DNA of 64,000 bases from Clostridia bacterium (lineage in GTDB: Bacteria; Bacillota; Clostridia; UMGS1840): assembly GCA_017936745.1 (NCBI GenBank), contig JAGBEY010000016.1, positions 69,258-133,257 of the forward strand. The letters are read 5' to 3'. How positions within the stretch are numbered: the stretch's first letter is position 1; each line of letters begins with the position of its first letter. The notes beneath the pieces are model-generated. The model was given only the letters and a program-made list of their open reading frames with translations. It did not search any database and was not told the origin of the DNA. Shown here one piece after another: positions 1 to 10,136 of this stretch. The position numbers were made by a program, and so were the translations under genes.

Positions 1-719
1 TCCACCGGTTTGGAGCTCCATAGGCTGTCAAACAGTTTATTGTCTGCTCCCGAAACGGTTTCTTTGTTGATGATGGTTTCAAAGCCATCTACCTTTGAAT
101 ATATCACACCGGAGGTGGCGGAATAAAAGGCATCCTTCTGCCCGGTGATGGTACGTTCCACATCGTCACGCTGATTTTTCAGCTTTTCCAGTTCTTTTTC
201 CGGGGTGTTGCCGTTTTCTCCAAGTGCCATCCCCTCAATTTCGTTACTCTCCTTTATGGCAGCGGAAAAATCTCCGTTCTGGGAATGATAGGCAACCTTT
301 CGCATTTTTTTCAAAAGAACCGCATTGCTGCTCTCCTGGTTATTACCGTCCTGGTTCCGGTTTTTAATGCTGGTTTCCAAGGTGTTAATTTTTTCACTTA
401 AGGTTTTAATACTCTGACTTTTCGCTTCATCAATTTCACCGGAATACACACTGGCTACGTGGGTTCTTGCGGTGACACGGGTTCCGTCAGAATAGTTCAT
501 AACTGCCATTCCTTTGGTGGAAGAAGTAAGAAGCTCCTCGTCCCACACCATAATTCCCTTTGCCTCTACTACAACCTCTTCTTCCCCATGATAAACCACC
601 TGGGTACTGAAGCTGGGATGAAAATACACATACATCCCGATGGCAACTGCCGCAACAATCAAAATCAGTCCAACCTTATACACGGTAGGGATTGCAAATT
701 TTTTCCGAGATTTTGCCAT
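1..719 (-). CDS. Membrane-anchored coiled-coil protein, HlyD/periplasmic-adaptor-like (3' end runs off window)
   Basis: Not in ORF track. Hand translation from ATG at 719 (RBS GGGTGG) gives MAKSRKKFAIPTVYKVGLILIVAAVAIGMYVYF..., with an N-terminal TM helix, a coiled-coil and a hairpin-like SATSGVIYSKVDGFE segment. The frame stays open to position 1. Confidence 0.65.
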   Translation of the reverse strand, partial: MAKSRKKFAIPTVYKVGLILIVAAVAIGMYVYFHPSFSTQVVYHGEEEVVVEAKGIMVWDEELLTSSTKGMAVMNYSDGTRVTARTHVASVYSGEIDEAKSQSIKTLSEKINTLETSIKNRNQDGNNQESSNAVLLKKMRKVAYHSQNGDFSAAIKESNEIEGMALGENGNTPEKELEKLKNQRDDVERTITGQKDAFYSATSGVIYSKVDGFETIINKETVSGADNKLFDSLWSSKPV

Positions 720-722
720 AAT

Positions 723-1649
723 CTACCACCCTTTTTTTACATAATTTATTACAGTTTCAGAAAGCTCCTCTTTGGGAAGCGTCGCTTCCAGCCAATATGC
801 TCCCTCATTCCGCCGAAACCAGGTCAACTGCCGTTTGGCGTAACGACGGGATTCCTGCTTGATTTTATCCACAGCTTCCTCCAATGTCAGGTAGCCGTCT
901 AAATATTCTACCATTTCTTTGTAGCCGATTGCCTGCATTGCCGTGTTAGTTTTGGGAACTCCTTGCCGAAGCAGTTCTTTTACTTCCTCAATCAACCCGT
1001 TTTCAAGCATCTTGTCTACCCTCTCATTGATGCGGTTATACAGAAGGTCACGTGCAGTATCCAACACGAAAAATTTCACATCATAAGGCTTGGGCGCATT
1101 TTTGGTACGCTCCTCCTGCTGAGATATGGTGGTGCCGGAAATCCGATACACCTCCAGCGCCCGAATCAGGCGTCTGCCATTGTTAGGATGGAGTCGTTGT
1201 GCAGTTTTCGGGTCAATTTTTTGAAGCTCGGCAAGCAGATATTCGCCCCCCTTTTCCTCATACATAGCAGTCAATTCAGCTCTCACAGCATCATCGGAGG
1301 GAATGGGTGCTAAATCGTAGCCATAGACCAAAGAGTTGATATAAAGCCCGGTTCCGCCCGCAATGACAGGAATTTTTCCTTTTGCTATAATAGACTCCAC
1401 ACAGGTTTTTGCATCTTCAACATACTGGCTGACATTATAATTTTCAAAAGGTGATACAATGTCTATCATATGATGAACAATGCCCTGCATTTCCTCTTGT
1501 GTCACCTTGGCAGTTCCCACATTCATATCCCGATAAATCTGCATGGAATCGGCAGAAACAATTTCTGTATTCAGTTGTTTTGCCACCTCCACCGAAAGTC
1601 CTGTTTTGCCGGAGGCGGTGGGTCCTGCAATCACGATAACCTGTTTCAT
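723..1649 (-). CDS. miaA: tRNA dimethylallyltransferase
   Basis: GPTASGKT P-loop, DSMQIY, GGTGLY and RRYAKRQLTWF motifs. Start moved to MKQVIV (RBS AGGAG). Confidence 0.97.
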   Translation of the reverse strand: MKQVIVIAGPTASGKTGLSVEVAKQLNTEIVSADSMQIYRDMNVGTAKVTQEEMQGIVHHMIDIVSPFENYNVSQYVEDAKTCVESIIAKGKIPVIAGGTGLYINSLVYGYDLAPIPSDDAVRAELTAMYEEKGGEYLLAELQKIDPKTAQRLHPNNGRRLIRALEVYRISGTTISQQEERTKNAPKPYDVKFFVLDTARDLLYNRINERVDKMLENGLIEEVKELLRQGVPKTNTAMQAIGYKEMVEYLDGYLTLEEAVDKIKQESRRYAKRQLTWFRRNEGAYWLEATLPKEELSETVINYVKKGW

Positions 1650-1656
1650 ATAACTC

Positions 1657-3579
1657 CTACCGTTCAAATTTGGTTTCAATAAAGGTTTTGGAAAACGCCA
1701 CAAATAAAGGTCTGCCATGAGGGCAAGTGGTTTTTCCATGTAACATAAATGCCTTCTTCGCCAGCTCTTCCATCTGATAGGAAGAAAGGTCTGTATTGGC
1801 TTTTACACTCATTTTACAAGCAACCAAAAACAAAAGCCGTTGGTTGAAATTTTCCGGAAGCACTTTCCCGCTTCTGCGGATTTCTTCCAGAATTTCGTAT
1901 ACTAATTTTTCAATATTTCTCTCCTTGACTTCGCAGGGAATTTCACGGATTACAATAGAATTATCCTGAAAATCGTCTGCCACAATCCCTACATTGGAGA
2001 AACACTCCAGATTTTCCAATGCCAACCGATAATCAGTGGGGGCAAGCTCCACAATTTTGGGAACCATCAGAAGCTGTGAATGAATTTCTTTTTTCTGATA
2101 TTCCTGATGTATTTTCTCATAATTTAACCGTTCGTGAGCGGCGTGCTGGTCCAAAAGAAGAAGTTCTTCCCCTTTTTCAATGAGAATATAGGAAGAAAAC
2201 ACTTGCCCAATCACGCGAAACGGCTCGGTTTCTTCTGTTTCGTCCTCAGGTTCGGAAATTACCTCCAAAACCGGTTCTGCATTTGTTTTTTTGGGTGTCA
2301 CCACTGTTATTTCGGGTTCTTTTTCAGCAATCTCGGGCTGTTCCTCCGAAACTTTTGGTTCAAACAGATTCACCACGGGAGTGGTTTGTGTTTTTTGTTT
2401 TTCTTCCTCATTGGACTCCCGTAAAAAAGTAAACTCGGTCAGCTCATTGAAAATCGGCTCCGTTTTTTGGGATACAGGCTGTTCTTTTTTAGAAAGGAAA
2501 GACCGCTGCTCATAGACCGGTTCTTTTTTTTCTTCATATTGCACTGCTTTGGAGGCTGCAATGGAAATGGGAGCCGTTTCTTTCACAAACAATTTTTCTT
2601 CGATAGCATCTTTCACAGAGGTCAGAATTGCATCATAGATGCTTGCTTCATCGGAAAATTTCACTTCCGCTTTCTGAGGATGCACATTCACATCACAAAG
2701 ACTGTGATCCACCTCAATTTCCAAAACACAGAACGGGTATTTCCCCTGTGCCATTTTCTGAAAATAGGCAAATTCCAGTGCGGTATATAAAATTTTTGAT
2801 TTACAGATTCGTCCGTTAATGCTGAAATGCTCAAATTTTCTGGTCGGCCGTGCCAGATTGGGAGATCCCACACAACCACTGACTTTTACACCGCCGATTT
2901 CACGGTCAACCAAAATCAGTTGTTCTGCCAGCTGATTGCCGTATACCGAATAAACTGCAGAACGAATTTCGTTATCTCCTTTGGAATAATAAATCTGTTT
3001 CCCATCTTTTATAAATTTCACGGAAATATGCGGATTGGCAAGAATAAGCCGTGCCACAATTTCTTCGATATATGCCCCCTCAGTGGCATCCTTTTTCAAA
3101 AATTTCAACCGTGCGGGAGTATTATAAAAAAGATTTTCTACTGTAATTTTAGTTCCCACAGGACAACCGATATCCTCAACCGTTACCACCTCGCCGCCCT
3201 CGCACACCAGCTTTGTGCCGGAAAGACTTTCTTCTTTTCTGGTGATGATGGTAAGACGAGATACCGCACAAATGCTGGCAAGAGCCTCCCCACGGAAGCC
3301 CATGGTAGCAATGGAAAACAAATCCTCCTTGGTTTGCAGCTTACTGGTGGCATAACGAACCACCGAGAGAACTGCATCCTCACGGTCCATTCCCGAGCCG
3401 TCATCTGTGACACAAATCATAGATTTTCCGCCGTTTTGAATTTCCACAGTAATTCTGCCGGCTCCGGCATCTTTTGCATTTTCAAACAGTTCCTTTACTA
3501 CAGATGCCGGGCGTTCTACAACCTCGCCTGCGGCAATCATATCAGAAAGCAACCGGTCTAATACTTTGATGGTACCCAT
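1657..3579 (-). CDS. mutL: DNA mismatch repair endonuclease MutL
   Basis: IAAGEVVERPASVVKEL, GFRGEAL, DVNVHP, endonuclease motif DQHAAHER, and CPHGRP. Confidence 0.98.
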   Translation of the reverse strand: MGTIKVLDRLLSDMIAAGEVVERPASVVKELFENAKDAGAGRITVEIQNGGKSMICVTDDGSGMDREDAVLSVVRYATSKLQTKEDLFSIATMGFRGEALASICAVSRLTIITRKEESLSGTKLVCEGGEVVTVEDIGCPVGTKITVENLFYNTPARLKFLKKDATEGAYIEEIVARLILANPHISVKFIKDGKQIYYSKGDNEIRSAVYSVYGNQLAEQLILVDREIGGVKVSGCVGSPNLARPTRKFEHFSINGRICKSKILYTALEFAYFQKMAQGKYPFCVLEIEVDHSLCDVNVHPQKAEVKFSDEASIYDAILTSVKDAIEEKLFVKETAPISIAASKAVQYEEKKEPVYEQRSFLSKKEQPVSQKTEPIFNELTEFTFLRESNEEEKQKTQTTPVVNLFEPKVSEEQPEIAEKEPEITVVTPKKTNAEPVLEVISEPEDETEETEPFRVIGQVFSSYILIEKGEELLLLDQHAAHERLNYEKIHQEYQKKEIHSQLLMVPKIVELAPTDYRLALENLECFSNVGIVADDFQDNSIVIREIPCEVKERNIEKLVYEILEEIRRSGKVLPENFNQRLLFLVACKMSVKANTDLSSYQMEELAKKAFMLHGKTTCPHGRPLFVAFSKTFIETKFER

Positions 3580-3589
3580 CTTGTTACTC

Positions 3590-6208
3590 CTATATTTTTT
3601 TCGCTTCGTTTACAATATTATTAAGATAATTGAGTGCTTCCAGCGGCGTGAGTGTAGTGACATCAATTTTTTTCAGCTCCGCCACTAAATTTGCAGATAG
3701 AATGGTTTCAAAAGATTGGTTGTCTGATTCGGGAATGGGAGCAGAAAAGCCCCGTTCCAGAGAAATTTTATCGCCCTCTAAATCTTTTACCAACTCCTGC
3801 GCCCGCTTGATAACCTTATTCGGAATTCCTGCTAACTTTGCAACCTCAACCCCGTAACTATCATCAGCACCGCCCTCAATAATGCGGCGGAGGAAAGTGA
3901 TATCATCCCCTCGTTTTTTCACGGCAACGCAATAATTTTTCACGCAAGCCATTTTTTCTTCCAGTTGGGTCAATTCATGATAATGGGTTGCAAACAGGGT
4001 CTTTGCCCCAATTTTTTCACAGATATATTCCACCACTGCCCAGGCAATAGACAAACCATCATAGGTGCTTGTGCCTCGTCCGATTTCGTCTAAAATAACC
4101 AGGCTGTTTGCGGTGGCATTTTTTAAAATATTGGAAACCTCATTCATTTCCACCATAAAGGTAGACTGTCCCATCGCTAAATCATCCGATGCACCCACAC
4201 GGGTGAACACCTTGTCCAGCACGGTAAGCGAGGCATATTTTGCAGGCACAAATGACCCCATCTGCGCCATAATGCAAATCAGAGCAACCTGACGCATATA
4301 GGTGGATTTTCCAGCCATATTGGGGCCTGTGATAATGGCAAAATGAAGCTGTTCGGTCAGCCTGGTGTCGTTGGCAACAAAGAGGATATCCTTTCGTGCC
4401 GCTTCCACCACCGGATGTCTGCCATCTAAAATTTCAATCTGATTTTGTGAATTGAATTCCGGCTTGGAGTAATTGTTTTTCATGGCAGACTCGTAGAAAG
4501 AGCAAAGCACATCTAAATAACTGATGCGGTCTGCCGCCCGCTTAATCCGCTCCGACTCGTTAAAAATCATTTCCCGGATGCTGCAGAACACCTCGTATTC
4601 CAATTCGGTCAAACGGCTTTCTGCATTTAAGAGAACCTCTTCGATTTCTTTTAATTCCTGGGTGATATACCGCTCGCAATTTGCTAAGGTCTGCTTTCGG
4701 ATAAAGTAGTCAGGAACCAACTCCTGATAGGATTTGGTAACTTCAATATAATAGCCAAATACTTTATTGTAGCCGGTTTTTAATTTTGCGATGCCGGTTT
4801 TCTCCCGTTCTCTGTTTTCCAGCTCCAAAAGCACAGCCTTGCTGTTCTTTTTCATATCACGAATTTTATCAATTTCTTCGTTGTAGCCTTTTTTGATAAT
4901 ATCTCCTTCACGGATGGTAAGAGGTGCATCTTCAGAAATGGAAGCATCAATTTCGGAAAAAATATCGGACAAAGTATCCCATTCTTTACAAAGCTGCTTC
5001 AACAGGGTAGACTGATATCCTGATAAAATATCTTTAATCTCGGGAAGCACACGGAAAGAATCCCGAAGTGCCAACAAATCACGCCCGTTAACCGTTTTTA
5101 AGGAAATTTTGGAAAGAAGCCGTTCCACATCGCGGATTTCTTTTAAGAAAGCACGGATAGAATCTGTTTCCATCCGACGGGAAATCAGCTCCTCCACCCC
5201 ATCTAAACGGCGTTCAATTTCAACACGGTTAACCAGCGGGCGTTCAATCATCCGCTTGAGCATACGGGCACCCATGGAGGTTTTTGTTTCATCCAACACA
5301 CCAAACAAAGAGCCTGCACGCTTTTTATCCCGCATGGTTTCGGTCAGCTCCAAATTCCGTTTGGCACAATCGTCAATTTCCAGAAAGCTCTTGGCATCGT
5401 AATAATCAAATTCGGTAATATGACGAAGCTCTGTTTTTTGGGTTTTATCAATGTAATAAAGACAGGCTGCCAAGGAAAAGTATGAATATTCATTCTTTAA
5501 AAACGAATCTTTTTTCTCACGGAACGAATCAAACCGTTTCCATACAGTTTCTTCAATATTGGAAAAACTGTAAAATTCGTCCTCCACTGTTTCAAAACGG
5601 GTTTCTATCCGTTCTTTTACGGAGGAAACAAGATTTTTATGTATGAGTGCACCGGAATTCACAAGAATTTCTGCCGGTGCATATTTTACAAGCTCGCTGA
5701 TGATACGGGAAAGAAACTCACCATCTGTAAACTGGGTGGTGGAAACATCCCCTGTGGTAATGTCGGCAAAGGTAACCCCTGCCCCATCCCCTGTGACATA
5801 CACTGATGCCAGATAGTGATTGGATTTTTCGTCCAGGGCATTGGTATCGGAAAAAGTACCCGGCGTGATAATGCGAACCACCGCACGCTCTACAATTCCC
5901 TTAGCGGCTTTGGGGTCGGTAACCTGCTCACAGATTGCAACCTTGTAGCCTTTTTTTATGAGCCTGGAAATATAGGTCTCTGCACTGTGATACGGAACAC
6001 CGCACATAGGTGCACGTTCCTCCTGACCGCAATCTCTCCCTGTCAGGGTAATTTCCAATTCCCGGGAGGCGGTAATGGCATCGGAAAAAAACATTTCGTA
6101 AAAATCACCCAGACGAAAGAACAAAAGAGTATCTTCATAATCCTTTTTGATTTTGAAATACTGTTTCATCATTGGGGATAAGTTGTCTGTTTGCATATTG
6201 GAATCCAT
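3590..6208 (-). CDS. mutS: DNA mismatch repair protein MutS
   Basis: GDFYEMF, PMCGVPYH, Walker A GPNMAGKSTYMRQ, and DEIGRGTST. Confidence 0.98.
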   Translation of the reverse strand: MDSNMQTDNLSPMMKQYFKIKKDYEDTLLFFRLGDFYEMFFSDAITASRELEITLTGRDCGQEERAPMCGVPYHSAETYISRLIKKGYKVAICEQVTDPKAAKGIVERAVVRIITPGTFSDTNALDEKSNHYLASVYVTGDGAGVTFADITTGDVSTTQFTDGEFLSRIISELVKYAPAEILVNSGALIHKNLVSSVKERIETRFETVEDEFYSFSNIEETVWKRFDSFREKKDSFLKNEYSYFSLAACLYYIDKTQKTELRHITEFDYYDAKSFLEIDDCAKRNLELTETMRDKKRAGSLFGVLDETKTSMGARMLKRMIERPLVNRVEIERRLDGVEELISRRMETDSIRAFLKEIRDVERLLSKISLKTVNGRDLLALRDSFRVLPEIKDILSGYQSTLLKQLCKEWDTLSDIFSEIDASISEDAPLTIREGDIIKKGYNEEIDKIRDMKKNSKAVLLELENREREKTGIAKLKTGYNKVFGYYIEVTKSYQELVPDYFIRKQTLANCERYITQELKEIEEVLLNAESRLTELEYEVFCSIREMIFNESERIKRAADRISYLDVLCSFYESAMKNNYSKPEFNSQNQIEILDGRHPVVEAARKDILFVANDTRLTEQLHFAIITGPNMAGKSTYMRQVALICIMAQMGSFVPAKYASLTVLDKVFTRVGASDDLAMGQSTFMVEMNEVSNILKNATANSLVILDEIGRGTSTYDGLSIAWAVVEYICEKIGAKTLFATHYHELTQLEEKMACVKNYCVAVKKRGDDITFLRRIIEGGADDSYGVEVAKLAGIPNKVIKRAQELVKDLEGDKISLERGFSAPIPESDNQSFETILSANLVAELKKIDVTTLTPLEALNYLNNIVNEAKKI

Positions 6209-6209
6209 C

Positions 6210-7613
6210 CTATTCTACCTGCTCTCCCACGAGAGACCAGGACATTACTTCGGTAACCTTTACCATAACAAAATCTCCCTCCTGCACTTCACGGGCTGCC
6301 TTGTAGTTGATTACTTTATTGGTGGTGGTTCTGCCCTGACGCATTTTGGGATTGTTCTTACTGAGGCCCTCGTCTATAATTTCATACACGTTGTTTAAAT
6401 ATGCTTCGTTTGCTTCTCTGCAGATTTCGGTCTGCACCGCTAACAGCTCATTGAAATTTTTGAGCTTTTCTTCATAGGTTCTCGGGTCATCCATCAGGGC
6501 TGCCTTGGTATCTTTTCTGGGAGAATAAATAAAGGTGAAAAGATTATCAAAACGAACCTTTTTGATGAGAGACAAGGTATCGTAAAATTCTTCCTCGGTT
6601 TCTCCCGGAAAGCCCACGATAACATCGGAGGTCAGTGCAATATCAGGAACAGCCGCTCTGATTTTTTCAACCAATGTGAGATAATCCTCACGGGTATACC
6701 GGCGGTTCATTTCTTTTAGTACACGGTTATTCCCTGCCTGAAAGGGCAAATGTAAGCTGTTACAGATTTTTTTATTGTCCTTCATCACGCCGATTAGCTT
6801 ATCGGTTAAATCCTTGGGATGTGAGGTTACAAACCGAACTCGTTTGATTTCCTCGATTTTACAAATTTCCGAAAGCAAATCGGAGAAATCCAAATCGTCC
6901 TCCAAATCCTTACCGTAGGAATTCACATTCTGCCCCAAAAGAGTTACTTCCTTTAATCCCTTTTTCACAAGAGCATTGATTTCTGCTAAAATATCTTTTG
7001 ATTTCCGGCTTCGTTCTCTGCCCCTGGTATAAGGCACAACGCAGTAGGTGCAGAAATTATTACATCCGTACATAATGGGAATAGAAGCTTTATACCACTT
7101 ATCATATACCACGGGAACCCCCTCAGCAATGACGCCGTCTACGGATTCCACCTGCATCACCCGTTCCCGCTCTGTCAGCACATGATATAGCATTTCGGGG
7201 AACTGATGAATAACGTGTGTTCCAAACACCATATCCACAAAAGGAAAGGTTTTTCGGATTCGTTCACTGGCGTGCGGCTGCTGCATCAAGCATCCGCAAA
7301 CACCAATCACCATATCGGGGTTTTTCTTCTTTTTGGCTTTTAATGTGCCAACCTTACCATACACCTTAACTTCCGCATTTTCCCTGACGGAACAGGTGTT
7401 ATAAATAACTAAATCCGCTCCTTTTTCATCCGTTCCTTTTTCGTAGCCCATTTCAAAGAGCATAGCATAAAGCTTGTCCGAATCGGTTTCATTCTGTGCA
7501 CAGCCGTATGTAACCACAACAGCAGTTCTCTTTTTGTCTGCGTTCAACAGACGGACATGCTTCATATATTCTTTTTGTGTTTGAATGATTTCTTCCGAAA
7601 TAAATGTAATCAC
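6210..7613 (-). CDS. miaB: tRNA methylthiotransferase MiaB
   Basis: UPF0004 cysteines (GC..N, NTCSVR, GC), radical SAM CNNFCTYC, C-terminal TRAM domain, and position next to mutS-mutL-miaA. Confidence 0.95.
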   Translation of the reverse strand: MITFISEEIIQTQKEYMKHVRLLNADKKRTAVVVTYGCAQNETDSDKLYAMLFEMGYEKGTDEKGADLVIYNTCSVRENAEVKVYGKVGTLKAKKKKNPDMVIGVCGCLMQQPHASERIRKTFPFVDMVFGTHVIHQFPEMLYHVLTERERVMQVESVDGVIAEGVPVVYDKWYKASIPIMYGCNNFCTYCVVPYTRGRERSRKSKDILAEINALVKKGLKEVTLLGQNVNSYGKDLEDDLDFSDLLSEICKIEEIKRVRFVTSHPKDLTDKLIGVMKDNKKICNSLHLPFQAGNNRVLKEMNRRYTREDYLTLVEKIRAAVPDIALTSDVIVGFPGETEEEFYDTLSLIKKVRFDNLFTFIYSPRKDTKAALMDDPRTYEEKLKNFNELLAVQTEICREANEAYLNNVYEIIDEGLSKNNPKMRQGRTTTNKVINYKAAREVQEGDFVMVKVTEVMSWSLVGEQVE

Positions 7614-8341
7614 TGTTCTACGCTCCTTATTACAAAAAAGATACGGGTACTTTTGGAATGAGCAGGCAAAAAGCTGAACTCGTCATACACGGCTTCTACC
7701 CTGAAGCCGCACGCCTCTGCTGCTTTTGTAATTTCCAAAACGGTATACCCTCTTTCATAATGGGTTTCCGAAATTCTTTCATAGGTGCCGTTGTCGGTTT
7801 CGGAGAAAATATCCAGATCCATCGTCAACAAGCGGTTCTCGTAGCAGTTTTGCCACACAAACAAATCGGTTTCGGTTTCATCGGTAAAGGTTTTGTTTCC
7901 TAAAACATATCGAAATTTATAAATGGTGGAAATATCAAAAATATAAAGTCCGTTTGGATTCAGATAGTTTTTCATCAGAAGAAAATGCTTCTTTAAATCG
8001 CCATCATCAATTAAATAATTCACACTGTCCAGGGAAGAATAGCAAGCGTCCACCGTGCCGTAAAGTTCAAAATCTGTCATAGATTGATTGAGATAGAGAA
8101 TGTTCCCGTTTTTATCCTTCTCCCGTGCCACATCCAGCATTTCCCACGAGGAATCCACACCAATCATATCGTAATCCTCAGCCATTAGCGTGGTTAACGT
8201 CCCCGTGCCGCAGCACATATCCAGAACCAGCTTTGGAGACAAAGAGAACCGTTCAAATATTTTCTTGTAATACCGATAAAACTTGCCATAGTCGATATCA
8301 TAGGCAAAACGGTCATAAAAATATGAAAAATCCTGATACAT
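7610..8341 (-). CDS. Class I SAM-dependent methyltransferase (YqeM-like)
   Basis: VLDMCCGTG motif I, GVDSSWEML, and DSVNYL. Confidence 0.85.
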   Translation of the reverse strand: MYQDFSYFYDRFAYDIDYGKFYRYYKKIFERFSLSPKLVLDMCCGTGTLTTLMAEDYDMIGVDSSWEMLDVAREKDKNGNILYLNQSMTDFELYGTVDACYSSLDSVNYLIDDGDLKKHFLLMKNYLNPNGLYIFDISTIYKFRYVLGNKTFTDETETDLFVWQNCYENRLLTMDLDIFSETDNGTYERISETHYERGYTVLEITKAAEACGFRVEAVYDEFSFLPAHSKSTRIFFVIRSVEQ

Positions 8342-8352
8342 AAAAGTTTTTC

Positions 8353-9555
8353 CTATCTGTATAAATATTCGGGAAGCCCATCCTGACGGAACAAAATGGG
8401 TGTCTGCCCCGAAATCAGAGGTCTTAAGTATGTGATTAAATCACTTGTAATATCATTCCCATTGATAATCCATTCTTTGGGAACACGTTTCTCCACATTG
8501 GCACTGCCGTGAATGTCAGCACTTTCTACCCTGATAGTATAGGGCGCATCAGACACCCGGGTAAATACCATCATTTCACCGGTTTTGCCGGAGATTGCCG
8601 CCTCTACTCCCATTTCTCCGATGAGAAATGCCTCAGCAATGTCAGTTTCGGACAGCAGATGTCCTGCACACCGTTGGCAGACGTTCAACTCCACACTTCT
8701 TGCTTTGCAGCCAATTTCCTTTTTTACAAGATTCTCCAACACCTTGCCTGCTCCGCTCAGCATTGCGTGCCCGAAAGAATCAGCAGCACTGGCTTCCCCT
8801 TCGCAGATTAACGTTCCGTTTTCATCATGAATCCCTTCCGAAACTGCGATAATGATGTGATTGACCCCACGTTGAAACTGGTCCTTAACATCTTTAATAA
8901 ACTGTTCTTTGGAAAAATCCACCTCCGGAAGATATATCAATTGAGGCGCAGCTCTATGCTCGTTTCTGGCAAGCGCAGCTGCGGCTGTGAGCCAACCTGC
9001 ATGACGCCCCATAATTTCCACAATGGTGACAGATTTCAAATCATACACCAGACTGTCCTCAGTAATTTCCGAAACAGTGGTTGCCACATATTTTGCCGCA
9101 GACCCAAACCCGGGAGTATGGTCGGTATTTGCCAAATCATTGTCGATGGTTTTGGGCACACCAATGATTTTCACATCCAGATGATGCTCCGTTGCATAAT
9201 CAGACAATTTGCAAACGGTATCCATCGAATCGTTACCGCCGATATATATAAAATAACCGATATTATGCTTTGCAAAATAAGAGAAAATATCCTGGTAGGT
9301 TTGTTCATCCTTTGCAATGTCGGGTAATTTTTTCCGACAAGAACCCAAATACGCCGACGGAGTTTGTTTTAACAGTTTCAAATCCAAATTGCTTAACTCC
9401 AGTATCCTCTCGTTAAAAATCCCCTCAATGCCGTTTAGGGCACCGTAGATTTTGTCAATTTCCTTTTTTTCTTTTGCCTTGCTGATGACTCCAGCCAGGC
9501 TGGCATTGATTGCAGCGGTTGGACCGCCGGATTGTGCTACCAGTAAATTTTTCAT
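8353..9555 (-). CDS. 6-phosphofructokinase, probably PPi-dependent
   Basis: QSGGPTAAIN, GGNDSMD (Asp at the specificity position), PKTIDND and MGRHAGW. Confidence 0.9.
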   Translation of the reverse strand: MKNLLVAQSGGPTAAINASLAGVISKAKEKKEIDKIYGALNGIEGIFNERILELSNLDLKLLKQTPSAYLGSCRKKLPDIAKDEQTYQDIFSYFAKHNIGYFIYIGGNDSMDTVCKLSDYATEHHLDVKIIGVPKTIDNDLANTDHTPGFGSAAKYVATTVSEITEDSLVYDLKSVTIVEIMGRHAGWLTAAAALARNEHRAAPQLIYLPEVDFSKEQFIKDVKDQFQRGVNHIIIAVSEGIHDENGTLICEGEASAADSFGHAMLSGAGKVLENLVKKEIGCKARSVELNVCQRCAGHLLSETDIAEAFLIGEMGVEAAISGKTGEMMVFTRVSDAPYTIRVESADIHGSANVEKRVPKEWIINGNDITSDLITYLRPLISGQTPILFRQDGLPEYLYR

Positions 9556-9582
9556 TTGTGTCTCCTTCCCCTTGTTGCTAAA

Positions 9583-10113
9583 TTATTTTAAAAAATTTCT
9601 TTTGTAGGATTCCATACAATCGCGAATGACTTTTCTTGCCTCATCAGCCCCCTCCACTGTGTTTACAATGGTTTCTTTATATTCCAGCATTTTATACACC
9701 TCGTAAAAATGCTTGATTTCGTGAAATAAATGGTCCGGAAGCTCCGATACATCACGGAACGAATTGTGATAGGGATCATTATCACATACAGCAATAATTT
9801 TTTCGTCCACCGCTCCATCGTCAATCATTTTGATAACGCCAATGGGATAACACTCCACAACGGTCATCGGTATAATCCCCTCAGTACATAAAACCAGCAC
9901 ATCCAGCGGGTCGCCATCCTGAGCATAAGTACGGGGGATAAACCCGTAATTTGCAGGATAATGAGTAGAGGTGTAAAGCACACGGTCCAGCTTTAAAAGA
10001 CCGGTTTCTTTATCCAATTCATACTTGTTTTTTCCACCCTTTTCAATTTCAATCACGGCAGAAAATTTTTCGGGAGTGATTCTTTCGTCACTCATATCGT
10101 GCCAGATGTTCAT
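9583..10113 (-). CDS. ppa: Soluble inorganic pyrophosphatase, family I
   Basis: KYELDK, YPANYGFIPRT, DGDPLDVLV and DEKIIAV. Confidence 0.95.
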   Translation of the reverse strand: MNIWHDMSDERITPEKFSAVIEIEKGGKNKYELDKETGLLKLDRVLYTSTHYPANYGFIPRTYAQDGDPLDVLVLCTEGIIPMTVVECYPIGVIKMIDDGAVDEKIIAVCDNDPYHNSFRDVSELPDHLFHEIKHFYEVYKMLEYKETIVNTVEGADEARKVIRDCMESYKRNFLK

Positions 10114-10136
10114 AAATTACCTCCTGCAATTCTTTT

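Noticed and set aside
865-873. DnaA-box TTATCCACA (another at 16981)
   Set aside because: Isolated copies inside coding sequences; no cluster or AT-rich unwinding element, so not an origin.
2827-3561. 244-aa plus-strand ORF opposite mutL (and many similar antisense ORFs across the window)
   Set aside because: These lie wholly antisense to well-conserved genes, with no recognisable motifs; they are typical shadow ORFs.
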